Below, one piece after another: positions 49,696-58,952 of a stretch of 64,000 bases of DNA (position 1 is the first letter of the stretch; each line of letters begins with the position of its first letter). Below the pieces are notes generated by a model. It saw nothing but the letters and a program-made list of their open reading frames with translations, had not been told where the DNA came from and ran no database searches. Source of the stretch: an uncultured Alphaproteobacteria bacterium (GTDB taxonomy: Bacteria; Pseudomonadota; Alphaproteobacteria; RF32; CAG-239); assembly GCA_944393725.1 (NCBI GenBank), contig CALYBC010000009.1, positions 210,099-274,098 of the forward strand, given 5' to 3'. Both the position numbers and the translations under genes were made by a program.

Positions 49696-51012
49696 TTATA
49701 AATTTTTGTTTTTGGCAAGCGTTTTTACACAATTTATAAAATCTTCTCCGCGTTCCATAAAATTTTTATAATATCCAAAACTCGGAGCCGTAGGTGAAAA
49801 CAATACCAAACTGCCTCCAACCTTTTTTAACTCTTCATATGCTTTATCCACCGCTTGTTGCAAATTTTCGGCTTCAATCAAAACAAAATCTTTTCTTTTG
49901 ACATATTGCCTGATACTTGTCGCAATCTGGTGACCGCATTGAAACAATGTTACCGCAACCTTAACTTTGGGATTAGCCTCAATGAACTTGGCATATTCGG
50001 TATAGTCTTGTTTATTCTCAATACCTCCGGAAATTATGGCCATATTATCGGCAAAACTTTTCATACCGCCGATAGCAGCCTCCGGTGCGGTTGATATGCT
50101 GTCATTTATAAACAATACTCCGCCATAAGTACCTACCTTTTGCAACCGATGCGGTAACGGCTCAAATTCGGGCAATGCTTGTAGCCCTTTTCTCCAATCA
50201 AGTCCTAATATATCCAAAACCGTAACAACACCGGCTAAATTTTCCATATTGTGATTACCGCTGATTTTTAAGCTATCTATATTACAAATCGCCTCTCCTT
50301 TATAATACAGCTCTTTATCTATGGCATAAAAGCCTTCTTTATCCCCATAAAACACTCGATGAGGCAAATTTGCGCTATATTTCATTAACTCGGGATTATT
50401 CACATTTACCACCGCGGTTTGCGCCTTAAATGCCAAATGCACCTTATCGCGACAATAGCCTTCATGACCTCCGTGCCAATCGGTATGCACCGAAAACAGG
50501 TTGGTAAACATTACGATATCGGGAGAATTCTCCAAATCTGATGCCTGATAACTTGATATTTCACATATCACATAATCATTGTCATCATCTGCCAGCTCAA
50601 TCAAAGCTTTACCGATGTTGCCGCCTAGTCCTACTTTCAATCCTAAAGACTTCATCATGTGGTACATCATGCTGACACTAGTCGATTTTCCTTTGGAACC
50701 GGTAACACCTATCACCTTGGTTCGCGGATGATTAGCTTTCATCTCGGATAAAAATAAATTGGTGCTTGAAGTAACCGCTATTTTATTCTTTATCTCTTCA
50801 AACTCCGGCTTGTATATGCTGACACCGGGAGAACGAACCAAGACATCGCCATTTGCTACCAATTCCTGCAACTTGGCTAAACCATCGGCATCATTGTATT
50901 CATATATATTTTTGCCCAAATTGTGCTTGGTTAGATAATCCTTAACGGCTTTACCCTCGGTTCCCATGCCCCAGATTATGATGTTTTTGTCTGCTAAATC
51001 TTTAATCAGCAT
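49696..51012 (-). CDS. murD: MurD-like Mur ligase (UDP-N-acetylmuramoylalanine--glutamate ligase family)
   Basis: N-terminal Rossmann-like IIIWGMGTEG, P-loop GVTGSKGKST, GGNIG and GNHNMEN motifs. ATG 51012 gives a typical N-terminus and overlaps the upstream gene by 11 nt. Confidence 0.7.
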   Translation of the reverse strand: MLIKDLADKNIIIWGMGTEGKAVKDYLTKHNLGKNIYEYNDADGLAKLQELVANGDVLVRSPGVSIYKPEFEEIKNKIAVTSSTNLFLSEMKANHPRTKVIGVTGSKGKSTSVSMMYHMMKSLGLKVGLGGNIGKALIELADDDNDYVICEISSYQASDLENSPDIVMFTNLFSVHTDWHGGHEGYCRDKVHLAFKAQTAVVNVNNPELMKYSANLPHRVFYGDKEGFYAIDKELYYKGEAICNIDSLKISGNHNMENLAGVVTVLDILGLDWRKGLQALPEFEPLPHRLQKVGTYGGVLFINDSISTAPEAAIGGMKSFADNMAIISGGIENKQDYTEYAKFIEANPKVKVAVTLFQCGHQIATSIRQYVKRKDFVLIEAENLQQAVDKAYEELKKVGGSLVLFSPTAPSFGYYKNFMERGEDFINCVKTLAKNKNL

Positions 51013-53425
51013 TTGTGTTGTCCTTCTTTTTTGCATAAAACTGTGTTTCGGTTTCTTGAGCAACCGTACTTCCTTGGTGAATTACCATCTGCTTAAACGG
51101 TATTTCTATGCCCTCCTCTATAAAGCGGCGGTTAATTATGTATCTGATATCACTCGGAGCACTCCATCCATTCCAGATATCGTTGACATAAAACCGCAAT
51201 TCAAAATCCAAGCTGCTCTCGCCAAAATCCTTAAACAAAACATAAGGTGCCGGCTTTTTTACAACTCTGTTGTGAGTTAGAGCACATTCAATCAATAGCT
51301 TTCTGACCAGCTCTACATCGCTACCATAAGCAACACCTATATTTATTGAATACCTTACCCAGTTGTTTTGATGGGTTAAGTTGGTAACCGAATTTGACAA
51401 CACTTTTGAGTTTGGGATAATCACACTGGCTCGATTAAAAGTTTCTATCTCGGTGGAGCGAATGTTAATTTGCTTAATCTGCCCCTCTTCTCCGTTGATA
51501 AAGACCCAATCGCCTACTTTTATCGGACGCTCAAATAACATAACAATTCCGGAAACAAAGTTATTTACGATATCTTGTAGTCCTAAGCCGACACCTACCG
51601 ATAATGCACCGGCGATTAAGGCAATGTTGGTTAAATTTCCTCCCATAATTGCGATTGATAGCAACCCTGATAACACATAGCCAATATAAGCAAATCCTGA
51701 GGCCAGAGAATGTTTGGTCCCGGCGTCTATGTTGGTTTTTTCGAGCAATCTGAACTCTATGCGGTATCTGATAAATTTGATTACCCACAAACAGATTACA
51801 AATGCGACTATTCCCCAGAAAATCGAAATCAGAGAAATCTCCACACCGCCGACCTTAAAGCCTGAAATAGCCCGATATCCTATACTTTGCAGCACATCAA
51901 AAGGAACGCCCCATATGAGTAGCAAAACAACCAGCAACAACAGCATTAATATAGGTTCGGCAATAATTCCAAACCAAAAATCTATTTTGCGTAAAAACAT
52001 ACGACGCATACGAAATGTCTTGACCCATAATCCCATCAATAAAATATGTTGGACGATATCATAAATTAACCGACGCAAAATGCTGTACACCGCAATGACA
52101 ATAGCCGTGATGATGGTATGATCAATAATAAAAGATGCTAATCTGGAGTAGCCAAATAAAGATAAGCCGACTATAAACAGCGAGAACAAACTTATCAACA
52201 TTCCAAGCTTAAAAGTATTGCCGTCATTTTCGTTAATATTATCGTCGCTTTCGTCATCCGTTGTGTCCTCGGTCTGCTCCGGAACAAAATATATATAGGC
52301 AATGAGCAACAAACAAAAGGCTTTTACACTTGATGAGATGGCAAACAAATAAGAAAGCAATTCAAGCGAATAATTTTTGCTTATTACTATGTGTTGCAGA
52401 AAAGAAAACACTCCCACCATAGCAATGGTAAAATAAATTGCACGGATTAATTTTTTTGCCTTATCGGTAGGCATATTTATCAGCCGCCATCTTTCGTTGT
52501 ATGGCGTAAACACAACTCTGAAGCTTGCACGCCCCATAATGATATAAAGAAGGTAATAAAGGGCACTGGACAGAACAACACCGAAAAAGCCTTTGGTTAA
52601 TAAGCTTGCTTCGACTATCCAATACAAGCAAAAGCCTATTATAGCAGTCGGAATGATACCATAGGCACACCAAACGGCAAAGGCAGCCAGAATCTTGCGT
52701 CCCAAACGCGGAGCCTCTACATCGGCACGATAGCCCCAATGACGAATAATAAAACGACGCAAATAATACCCTAATATACTAATCAGAGTGATAATAATGA
52801 ACAAAGTGGATAAATTCTCACCGACATCTTTTTGTTGTGTTTCGGTCAAGTCTGAATACCAAACAAATGGTGATTTTACAACATCGACCATAAAATTCCA
52901 CAAATCTTGATTAGACTTCCAGAAAATTGACGGCTTAATCAATGCTCCTTCAGTGTTAAACAAATTGCCCCATAATTTCTGGTTACGCAAATCAAAAATA
53001 CGCATATTTATTTCTTCTATGCGAGTGCGTAATAAATCAATCTCGGAAATACGCGTTTTTTCATCAGACAGTGTTTGGCGATATTCGGTGCGTTTTTGTG
53101 CTATTATCTTTGCTTCGGGAAGATTGTCGTCAACTTCACCTAAGGCATTTAGCTTCTTTTCGGTGGACTTTACCCGATTGTTAATATTCTTACGACTTTC
53201 GTTTAAGTCATTGAGGGTGTCGTTAAGATACGATATCTTGTCAACCAATTCATTAATGTCAGGATTTTTGACACGGGTGAGTTGCTCGATTTTGTTTAGG
53301 CTTTCGGATATTTCACGATAGCTCAGATTATAACCGATACTATCAATTTGGCTGGCCGCATGGCTTTGGAAAGATGCCAATAAAAGTGTTAAAACAAGCA
53401 CCAACCCAAATATATATTTTTTCAT
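51002..53425 (-). CDS. Mechanosensitive channel, MscS family (MscK/KefA-like long form)
   Basis: Signal peptide, coiled-coil periplasmic N-domain, many TM helices, and the MscS core GLGLQDIVNNFVSGIVMLFERPIKVGDWV. Confidence 0.85.
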   Translation of the reverse strand: MKKYIFGLVLVLTLLLASFQSHAASQIDSIGYNLSYREISESLNKIEQLTRVKNPDINELVDKISYLNDTLNDLNESRKNINNRVKSTEKKLNALGEVDDNLPEAKIIAQKRTEYRQTLSDEKTRISEIDLLRTRIEEINMRIFDLRNQKLWGNLFNTEGALIKPSIFWKSNQDLWNFMVDVVKSPFVWYSDLTETQQKDVGENLSTLFIIITLISILGYYLRRFIIRHWGYRADVEAPRLGRKILAAFAVWCAYGIIPTAIIGFCLYWIVEASLLTKGFFGVVLSSALYYLLYIIMGRASFRVVFTPYNERWRLINMPTDKAKKLIRAIYFTIAMVGVFSFLQHIVISKNYSLELLSYLFAISSSVKAFCLLLIAYIYFVPEQTEDTTDDESDDNINENDGNTFKLGMLISLFSLFIVGLSLFGYSRLASFIIDHTIITAIVIAVYSILRRLIYDIVQHILLMGLWVKTFRMRRMFLRKIDFWFGIIAEPILMLLLLVVLLLIWGVPFDVLQSIGYRAISGFKVGGVEISLISIFWGIVAFVICLWVIKFIRYRIEFRLLEKTNIDAGTKHSLASGFAYIGYVLSGLLSIAIMGGNLTNIALIAGALSVGVGLGLQDIVNNFVSGIVMLFERPIKVGDWVFINGEEGQIKQINIRSTEIETFNRASVIIPNSKVLSNSVTNLTHQNNWVRYSINIGVAYGSDVELVRKLLIECALTHNRVVKKPAPYVLFKDFGESSLDFELRFYVNDIWNGWSAPSDIRYIINRRFIEEGIEIPFKQMVIHQGSTVAQETETQFYAKKKDNTNAD

Positions 53426-53428
53426 ACC

Positions 53429-54427
53429 TTATTTCCTTTTCAAAAACTGTTTTAACACCGCCAAAATATTCTGAGCCGCAACCTGCCAATAATCACCGGC
53501 CAACCACAGACTGATACCGTTTTCTACAGTCATATCTTGTCTGATACGGCTTACAAAAATACTGCTTTCGCCTTGAACATCGGTCAAAGAAGCATAGCCA
53601 CCGTCTTCTTGGCGGTTAATAACCAAAACACCTTTGGTCTTTTTGATATCGTCTTCGGCTTCTCCGGCATCAATATCGGCAAAGGTTTCGATATCGGCAT
53701 AAATTCCGGCACCAACAAAAGACGGAATCATGGCGGCATTGACATGAACTTTGACATCTCCGCCCAAAACTTGTTTGATTTGCGAATTAAACGCCCATTC
53801 GGTAAAGGTTTCTTCGCCGATAAAAGAACTTACCTGCGGAATAATATTAAAGGCTAAGGTCTTGTGAAACAATCCATCAGCATTTCCGGTAATATCATTC
53901 ATCAAAATTCGACGAGTTGAGTTGTATAATTCGCTCATACCGTCTTGTCCCTCAATATCGGCGGCAACCAAAGCAGTGGCTCGTACGGATTTGATTTGAT
54001 ATTTAACCGCCAATTCCGCTACTCCGCCCAAAAGCATGGTAACTAAAGGATTAGGAACATTTACTATCCCTTTAGCGGCTTGTTCCAAAGCATTGTCATT
54101 AACTCCGCCAACTATCATCGGAATGTCTGATTCGCCCTCCAAAGCATTGGTGGCGTTTATCACTTTGGCTCCGGCAGAAGCAAATTTAACGGCATAGCGA
54201 GCGGCTAAATTATCGTGTGAGGTAAAAATCACGGCCTCGGCGGTTGATAAATCTTCGATTGAGCGAACCGTAAGCTCTCCGATTTCGCCGTAGGAAACTT
54301 TGGGTTCACCCTGCACTTTGGCATCAAAAACCGCGACCTCGGCAGCAGCGACACCGCGGGCGGCAAGCAATTTTAATATATTTTTGGCTAAGGTATTTTG
54401 ATAGCCGATGATTGCGTATTTTATCAT
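53429..54427 (-). CDS. Aspartate-semialdehyde dehydrogenase homologue lacking catalytic and cofactor motifs
   Basis: Collinear with Asd (VSRIRQD, AAQN tail). However, GATGxVG reads GYQNTLA, NPNCST reads VPNPLV, and the GHS His region reads FVGAG. ATG 54427 is the start. Confidence 0.65.
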   Translation of the reverse strand: MIKYAIIGYQNTLAKNILKLLAARGVAAAEVAVFDAKVQGEPKVSYGEIGELTVRSIEDLSTAEAVIFTSHDNLAARYAVKFASAGAKVINATNALEGESDIPMIVGGVNDNALEQAAKGIVNVPNPLVTMLLGGVAELAVKYQIKSVRATALVAADIEGQDGMSELYNSTRRILMNDITGNADGLFHKTLAFNIIPQVSSFIGEETFTEWAFNSQIKQVLGGDVKVHVNAAMIPSFVGAGIYADIETFADIDAGEAEDDIKKTKGVLVINRQEDGGYASLTDVQGESSIFVSRIRQDMTVENGISLWLAGDYWQVAAQNILAVLKQFLKRK

Positions 54428-54729
54428 GATAAAATCTTCTGGTTTTGCCTTAAATAATCTATGGAAACAGCTATAACACCTTTTTTTCGTCATACCAAGA
54501 TTTTTTTGCAAGAAATCCGACATTTATATATTGACACATTTGGACAAAAATGGTATAGTATCTTTGTTTTGAAATTATTGTGATTATTAGTTTGAAGGGA
54601 TTTGCTGTCTTTTTGCTTGTATATTAAGCGGGAAAACATCGGGTTTTGACAAATTGAGGTTACGGTAGTTTTGAGGCTCTTGTACGAAAATCGTGCGAGA
54701 TATTTTTAATTTCTTAAATTTTATTTTTT

Positions 54730-56172
54730 ATGAACACAAAAAATTCAATTAAGGAGATTGCTATCTCCATCGTAGCCCCGGTTGTTAAAATGTTTCCAAG
54801 CTGGGCAATGAAACACACCCTCAGAGTGAACGACTATGCCGATTATTTTCAGCTCTCGCATAAAAAAGAGATGGAAATATTAAGCAAGCTTCCCCAGAGC
54901 GAATGGGTGAAGGCTCGGCTTTGGTCGCCGGAGACGAGGATTGCCTGTCTCAAATCACGAGACAAATATCATTATTTTTTAGACGAGATTTTTTCCTCTA
55001 AAGAATTCTGGGCGGCTTATAACAATGAGCTGACTCGCGAAAGAGCCGTTAGGTGCAAAACCTACACGCTGTCTGGCAGCGAAGTTATAAAGGTCTGCAA
55101 CGAAACATGCGGATTTGTAGACTTGTTGTGGTATAAACAACCACACAGCTTTACGGCTGAGGTTGTAAGTAAACTGAGCACAGAGGCAGTTGGGCGTCTT
55201 ATTATTTTTCTCAACGCTGATAAAGCGTATGAGATCGCAGCAAAGCTAGACATGTTGTTGCTGCAAAATATAAAAAAGGCGAAAAGAAACGCTGAGGGAG
55301 CAGCCAAGGTATTGAGTATGCTCCTCATGGATTATACTGCGTATTATCCGTCCATCGAACCGGAGGAGCTGATGAAGCTTGAAGGCTTCAACCAGTGGCT
55401 GGCTAAAGCTGATATTATGGTGGTGACAGATAAATTGTCTACCTACCTAAAAAATTTGGGTAGATATGATTTGTTGCTGCAGTTGCTCGTTAGAGCCTTG
55501 AAGAAAAGGCAATTCGGCATAGAAAAGGATATCTTTTCCTTGCTGCCTAAGAGCTGTAATTGCTATCAAACGGCTGTAACCAAGATGGTCGAAGCCGGGA
55601 TAGCAATGCCTAAAGATTTTGCATTTTTATCTGACGATAAGATAAAAGAGCAAAATTTGAAGCTCTGCCAAATCGATCACCGATTAGATATGATTCCGGA
55701 AATGGATTACAAATATCTATCGGAAAATCAGAAAGAGTGGTTGCTCTATAGCTTGGCTCGAGCAGGGAAACTAAGCCAGCATTTGCTTGATACCGCTTCT
55801 CCAAAAGTCAAGCAAAATTTGCTTGACATTTTGGAGGAAGAAGCACAAGTTGCTTGGTTCAAAGAACTTGTTGTACTGGAACAGAATGGTCGAAAATATG
55901 AAAATATTCAGACCGTCAAAAATCTGGCACATATAAGTGCCAGATTGCAGGCTGCAACGCTGTCTTTTGCCGGTTGGCAGTATGTTTTTGCCGAAAACGG
56001 TTTCTATGACTCCGAGTACTCCTTGGAGTTGTTAAAACGAGGAACCGAAGAGGCGGTAAAGATTTTTGCTGAGAAGCAAGGCTTGACAGCTGAGCAGTAT
56101 GAAGCTCTGCTGATCGGCAATAATAAAGCCTTGGCTCCGGAGCTGAGGAGATATATAAAGAAAAATGTTTAA
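54730..56172 (+). CDS. Hypothetical all-helical protein
   Basis: 480-aa ORF with its own terminator. No motif recognised. Confidence 0.5.
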   Translation: MNTKNSIKEIAISIVAPVVKMFPSWAMKHTLRVNDYADYFQLSHKKEMEILSKLPQSEWVKARLWSPETRIACLKSRDKYHYFLDEIFSSKEFWAAYNNELTRERAVRCKTYTLSGSEVIKVCNETCGFVDLLWYKQPHSFTAEVVSKLSTEAVGRLIIFLNADKAYEIAAKLDMLLLQNIKKAKRNAEGAAKVLSMLLMDYTAYYPSIEPEELMKLEGFNQWLAKADIMVVTDKLSTYLKNLGRYDLLLQLLVRALKKRQFGIEKDIFSLLPKSCNCYQTAVTKMVEAGIAMPKDFAFLSDDKIKEQNLKLCQIDHRLDMIPEMDYKYLSENQKEWLLYSLARAGKLSQHLLDTASPKVKQNLLDILEEEAQVAWFKELVVLEQNGRKYENIQTVKNLAHISARLQAATLSFAGWQYVFAENGFYDSEYSLELLKRGTEEAVKIFAEKQGLTAEQYEALLIGNNKALAPELRRYIKKNV

Positions 56173-56180
56173 CCCTTATA

Positions 56181-56208
56181 CCCTGCCTTTCACGAGGCAG
56201 GGATTTTT
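56181..56208 (+). terminator. Rho-independent terminator
   Basis: CCCTGCC-TTTCACGA-GGCAGGG followed by a T tract. Confidence 0.8.
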
Positions 56209-56315
56209 GTTTTAAAAAGTTAAACTTTTGCCATAAGTTGCTTGACATATAAGCTAAAATAGCTGTAACTTTAGCTTTGTCTAAATTAACTTTTTTAATA
56301 TGGGAGATATCAGCA

Positions 56316-57617
56316 ATGACCGCTCGTACACTGCAAGGATTTATGGAACTGTTACCGCAGGAGCAAATCGTATTTAATCATATGAAGTCAGTCATTGCTC
56401 ATACCTACGAGCTTTTTGGCTTTGCACCGTTGGATACTCCGGTTTTGGAATTGGCCGAAGTTTTGCTCTCAAAATCCGGCGGAGAGACCGAAAAACAAAT
56501 CTATGAATTCAAAAAAGGCGATACCGATATTGCCATGCGTTTTGACTTAACCGTGCCGCTGGCTAAGTATATTGCTCTTTATAACAACGACCTCACCTTC
56601 CCGTTCAAACGCTACCAAATCGGTAAAGTTTATCGCGGTGAACGTCCGCAAAAAGGTCGGTTCAGAGAATTTTACCAATGCGATATCGATATAATCGACC
56701 GCGACGAACTCAATATCGTTTATGATGCCGAAGTGTTGGCGGTTATCTATACCGTGTTCAGCAAACTAAATTTGCCGAAATTCAAAATCTATATCAATAA
56801 CCGCAAGTTGCTCGGCGGCTTTTTGCAGAGCTTGGATATTGCCGATAAGACCGTTGAGGTTTTGCGTCTGGTCGATAAAATCAAAAAAATCCCCGAAGAA
56901 GCTTTCTTGGATGAATTGAGCGATTTGGGGCTTGCCGAAGACAAAAAACAAAAATTGTTAAAATTTATCAAAATCAACGGACTAAACAACGAAATTATCG
57001 CACAACTTGAAAATTTACACATCGAAAACGAAAATTTTGTTGCCGGTCTTGATGAGCTCAAAACAGTTATTGCACAAGCTCAAAACCTTGGCTTGCCGGC
57101 TGAAAATATTCAGATTGATTTGAGCATAACTCGCGGATTGGATTATTATACCGGTACGGTGTATGAAACATTTTTTGATGACTACCCGCAATTTGGTTCG
57201 GTCTGCTCAGGCGGACGCTACGATAATCTATCATCGGTATTTATGGACAAGAAGTTCCCCGGAGTGGGTATTTCCATCGGTCTGACCCGTTTGTTTGACC
57301 AACTTAGGGCTAACAACCTATTGCCCATAAAAGAGCTTACACCAAACAAGGCCCTGATTATTCCGCAAGATGAAGCTTTTGTGAATGAGGCGGTAAATCT
57401 GGCCGGTAAGCTCAGATTACAAAATATCGCCGTTGATGTTATGTATAGACAGTGCAAGTTTAAGAAAAAAATGGAATATGCCAATAAAATCGGCGTGCCG
57501 TTCCTGATTATTATCGGCGAAGAAGAAGCTAAGTCAGGAATGTTTGCTTGCAAAAATATGACCTCGGGCGAGCAAAAAACGCTTAAGCTTGATGAGCTGA
57601 TTGAAACCTTAAAATAA
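56316..57617 (+). CDS. hisS: Histidine--tRNA ligase
   Basis: Class II motifs (RYQIGKVYRGERPQKGRFREF, GGRYD, RGLDYYTG) and a C-terminal anticodon-binding domain. ATG 56316 (MTARTLQGF) is preferred over TTG 56277. Confidence 0.92.
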   Translation: MTARTLQGFMELLPQEQIVFNHMKSVIAHTYELFGFAPLDTPVLELAEVLLSKSGGETEKQIYEFKKGDTDIAMRFDLTVPLAKYIALYNNDLTFPFKRYQIGKVYRGERPQKGRFREFYQCDIDIIDRDELNIVYDAEVLAVIYTVFSKLNLPKFKIYINNRKLLGGFLQSLDIADKTVEVLRLVDKIKKIPEEAFLDELSDLGLAEDKKQKLLKFIKINGLNNEIIAQLENLHIENENFVAGLDELKTVIAQAQNLGLPAENIQIDLSITRGLDYYTGTVYETFFDDYPQFGSVCSGGRYDNLSSVFMDKKFPGVGISIGLTRLFDQLRANNLLPIKELTPNKALIIPQDEAFVNEAVNLAGKLRLQNIAVDVMYRQCKFKKKMEYANKIGVPFLIIIGEEEAKSGMFACKNMTSGEQKTLKLDELIETLK

Positions 57618-57632
57618 TATTATAGTCAGAAC

Positions 57633-57667
57633 AAACCGCCCTTTTTATTTATAAAAGCGGGCGGTTT
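57633..57667. terminator. Bidirectional terminator between hisS and the island
   Basis: AAACCGCCC-loop-GGGCGGTTT followed by T5. Confidence 0.75.
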
Positions 57668-57678
57668 TTGATTATCTG

Positions 57679-58029
57679 TTATATATGCTCAAGCATGTTC
57701 CATAAGGCTATCAACCATGGAGATAATAAAATAAATTTGGCTAGTCTGGGATAATTGCGCATATTGCTCAATGCCAGCAAAAAAATTAGGACTGAAAACT
57801 TAAGATCTATTTTTACTCCCTCAAGATAAAGCTCTTGATTCTGATAATTCCATGCACTCATCGTTGCTTGTGCACCCCAAATTGGATCGTCCTTAGCTGG
57901 CGGATAAAAATATGTTCCCAATAATAACAGAGGCTCCAACATATAAAACGCAACATACCACCTAAAAGGTTTGATAAATGTTTTAATTGCTTGCAGCTTA
58001 TCGCCTAACTTAATCTTATTCATTACCAT
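57679..58029 (-). CDS. Small membrane protein, candidate immunity partner of the upstream toxin domain
   Basis: 116 aa with roughly 3 hydrophobic helices. Its ATG overlaps the TGG-TAA end of the toxin-domain frame (ATGGTAATG). Confidence 0.5.
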   Translation of the reverse strand: MVMNKIKLGDKLQAIKTFIKPFRWYVAFYMLEPLLLLGTYFYPPAKDDPIWGAQATMSAWNYQNQELYLEGVKIDLKFSVLIFLLALSNMRNYPRLAKFILLSPWLIALWNMLEHI

Positions 58030-58802
58030 TTCTCCTTGGTATATTTTACGTAAATCGGAACACTATCTTGGCAATTATCTAGATATTTGCTTAATTTACC
58101 TGTTTGCCATGGTATGTCAATACATCCGGCAGAACCCTTTTCAATACCTCCATGAATTGAAAATCCGTCTCGTCCATAAGTATTGGTATTATTATCAGGT
58201 GTAAGCCAAACTCTTCTTAGTCCCCAAGCAGGGGTAGAACCCCGCCAATTCCCCTGTTTTATAATACCTGCAACTGCATTTATCGGATCAATTGTTTGTC
58301 TCTGGTTCTGTGATGCATAATATGTGCCTTCAGGTATGGGGCCTAAATCTTTTACTGATTGATATTTTTTAGCCTAATAATTTGGATTTCCTGACATTGC
58401 ATCTAATGTATGTTGATAGCTGGAATTTCCTCCATTAAGCTCTAAGTTTTGACCATCAAATGTCATATAACAATTTGCATTATCATTGTTAGGCCTTGAT
58501 AGTGGTTTGGAAAAGCTGTTTTGACTATCCCAATCATTGCTTAGCAACTTGTTTGCCAGTGCATTGGCGGAATTTGAGCTGATATTGGCGACGGAATTTA
58601 CATCCTTACTCAACTCGGCAGATAGACGGTTCATCTCGTCTAAATCAAAACGAGTTTGAAGCTCGTCTCTTAAACTCATATTGCTATAGTCTATCGTATC
58701 CGGTGATTGATATTTTGATTGCAGTGATTGCAATTTTCTCTCTTCCCTTCCCCTCTTTAGTTGCTCAAGCCGTTCTTGAAAAGTTGTGTTGTAGTTTGTC
58801 AT
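58023..58802 (-). pseudogene. Polymorphic-toxin-like gene: conserved N-terminal module plus Tlde1/DUF2778-like (YkuD-fold) domain, interrupted by an in-frame TAG at 58374-58376
   Basis: My own translation gives 142 codons, TAG, then 116 further sense codons with no start codon (GPIPEGTYY...RDGFSIHGGIEKGSAGCID). The stop falls inside the predicted domain. Confidence 0.6.
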
Positions 58803-58950
58803 TTCTTGATGTTTCCTTCCTTATAAAATATTTCTTTACCGATAGTCCGCAATATCATATAGAACATTTTTTGAACTTTGTAAAGTCCTACACTCTACTT
58901 GTCAACAACTTTATTGTGCTTATACTGCTCCTTACACTAAAAAGTTGAAT
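58614..58950. repeat. A-repeat copy 2: promoter, leader and first ~63 codons
   Basis: Direct repeat of 61630-61966 (offset 3016 bp). High identity upstream and over the N-terminal codons, diverging downstream. Confidence 0.85.
58877..58905 (-). promoter_or_regulatory. Sigma70-like promoter TTGACA-N17-TACAAA
   Basis: Read on the minus strand about 70 nt upstream of ATG 58802. Conserved in the paralogous copy at 61893-61921. Confidence 0.45.
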
Positions 58951-58952
58951 CA

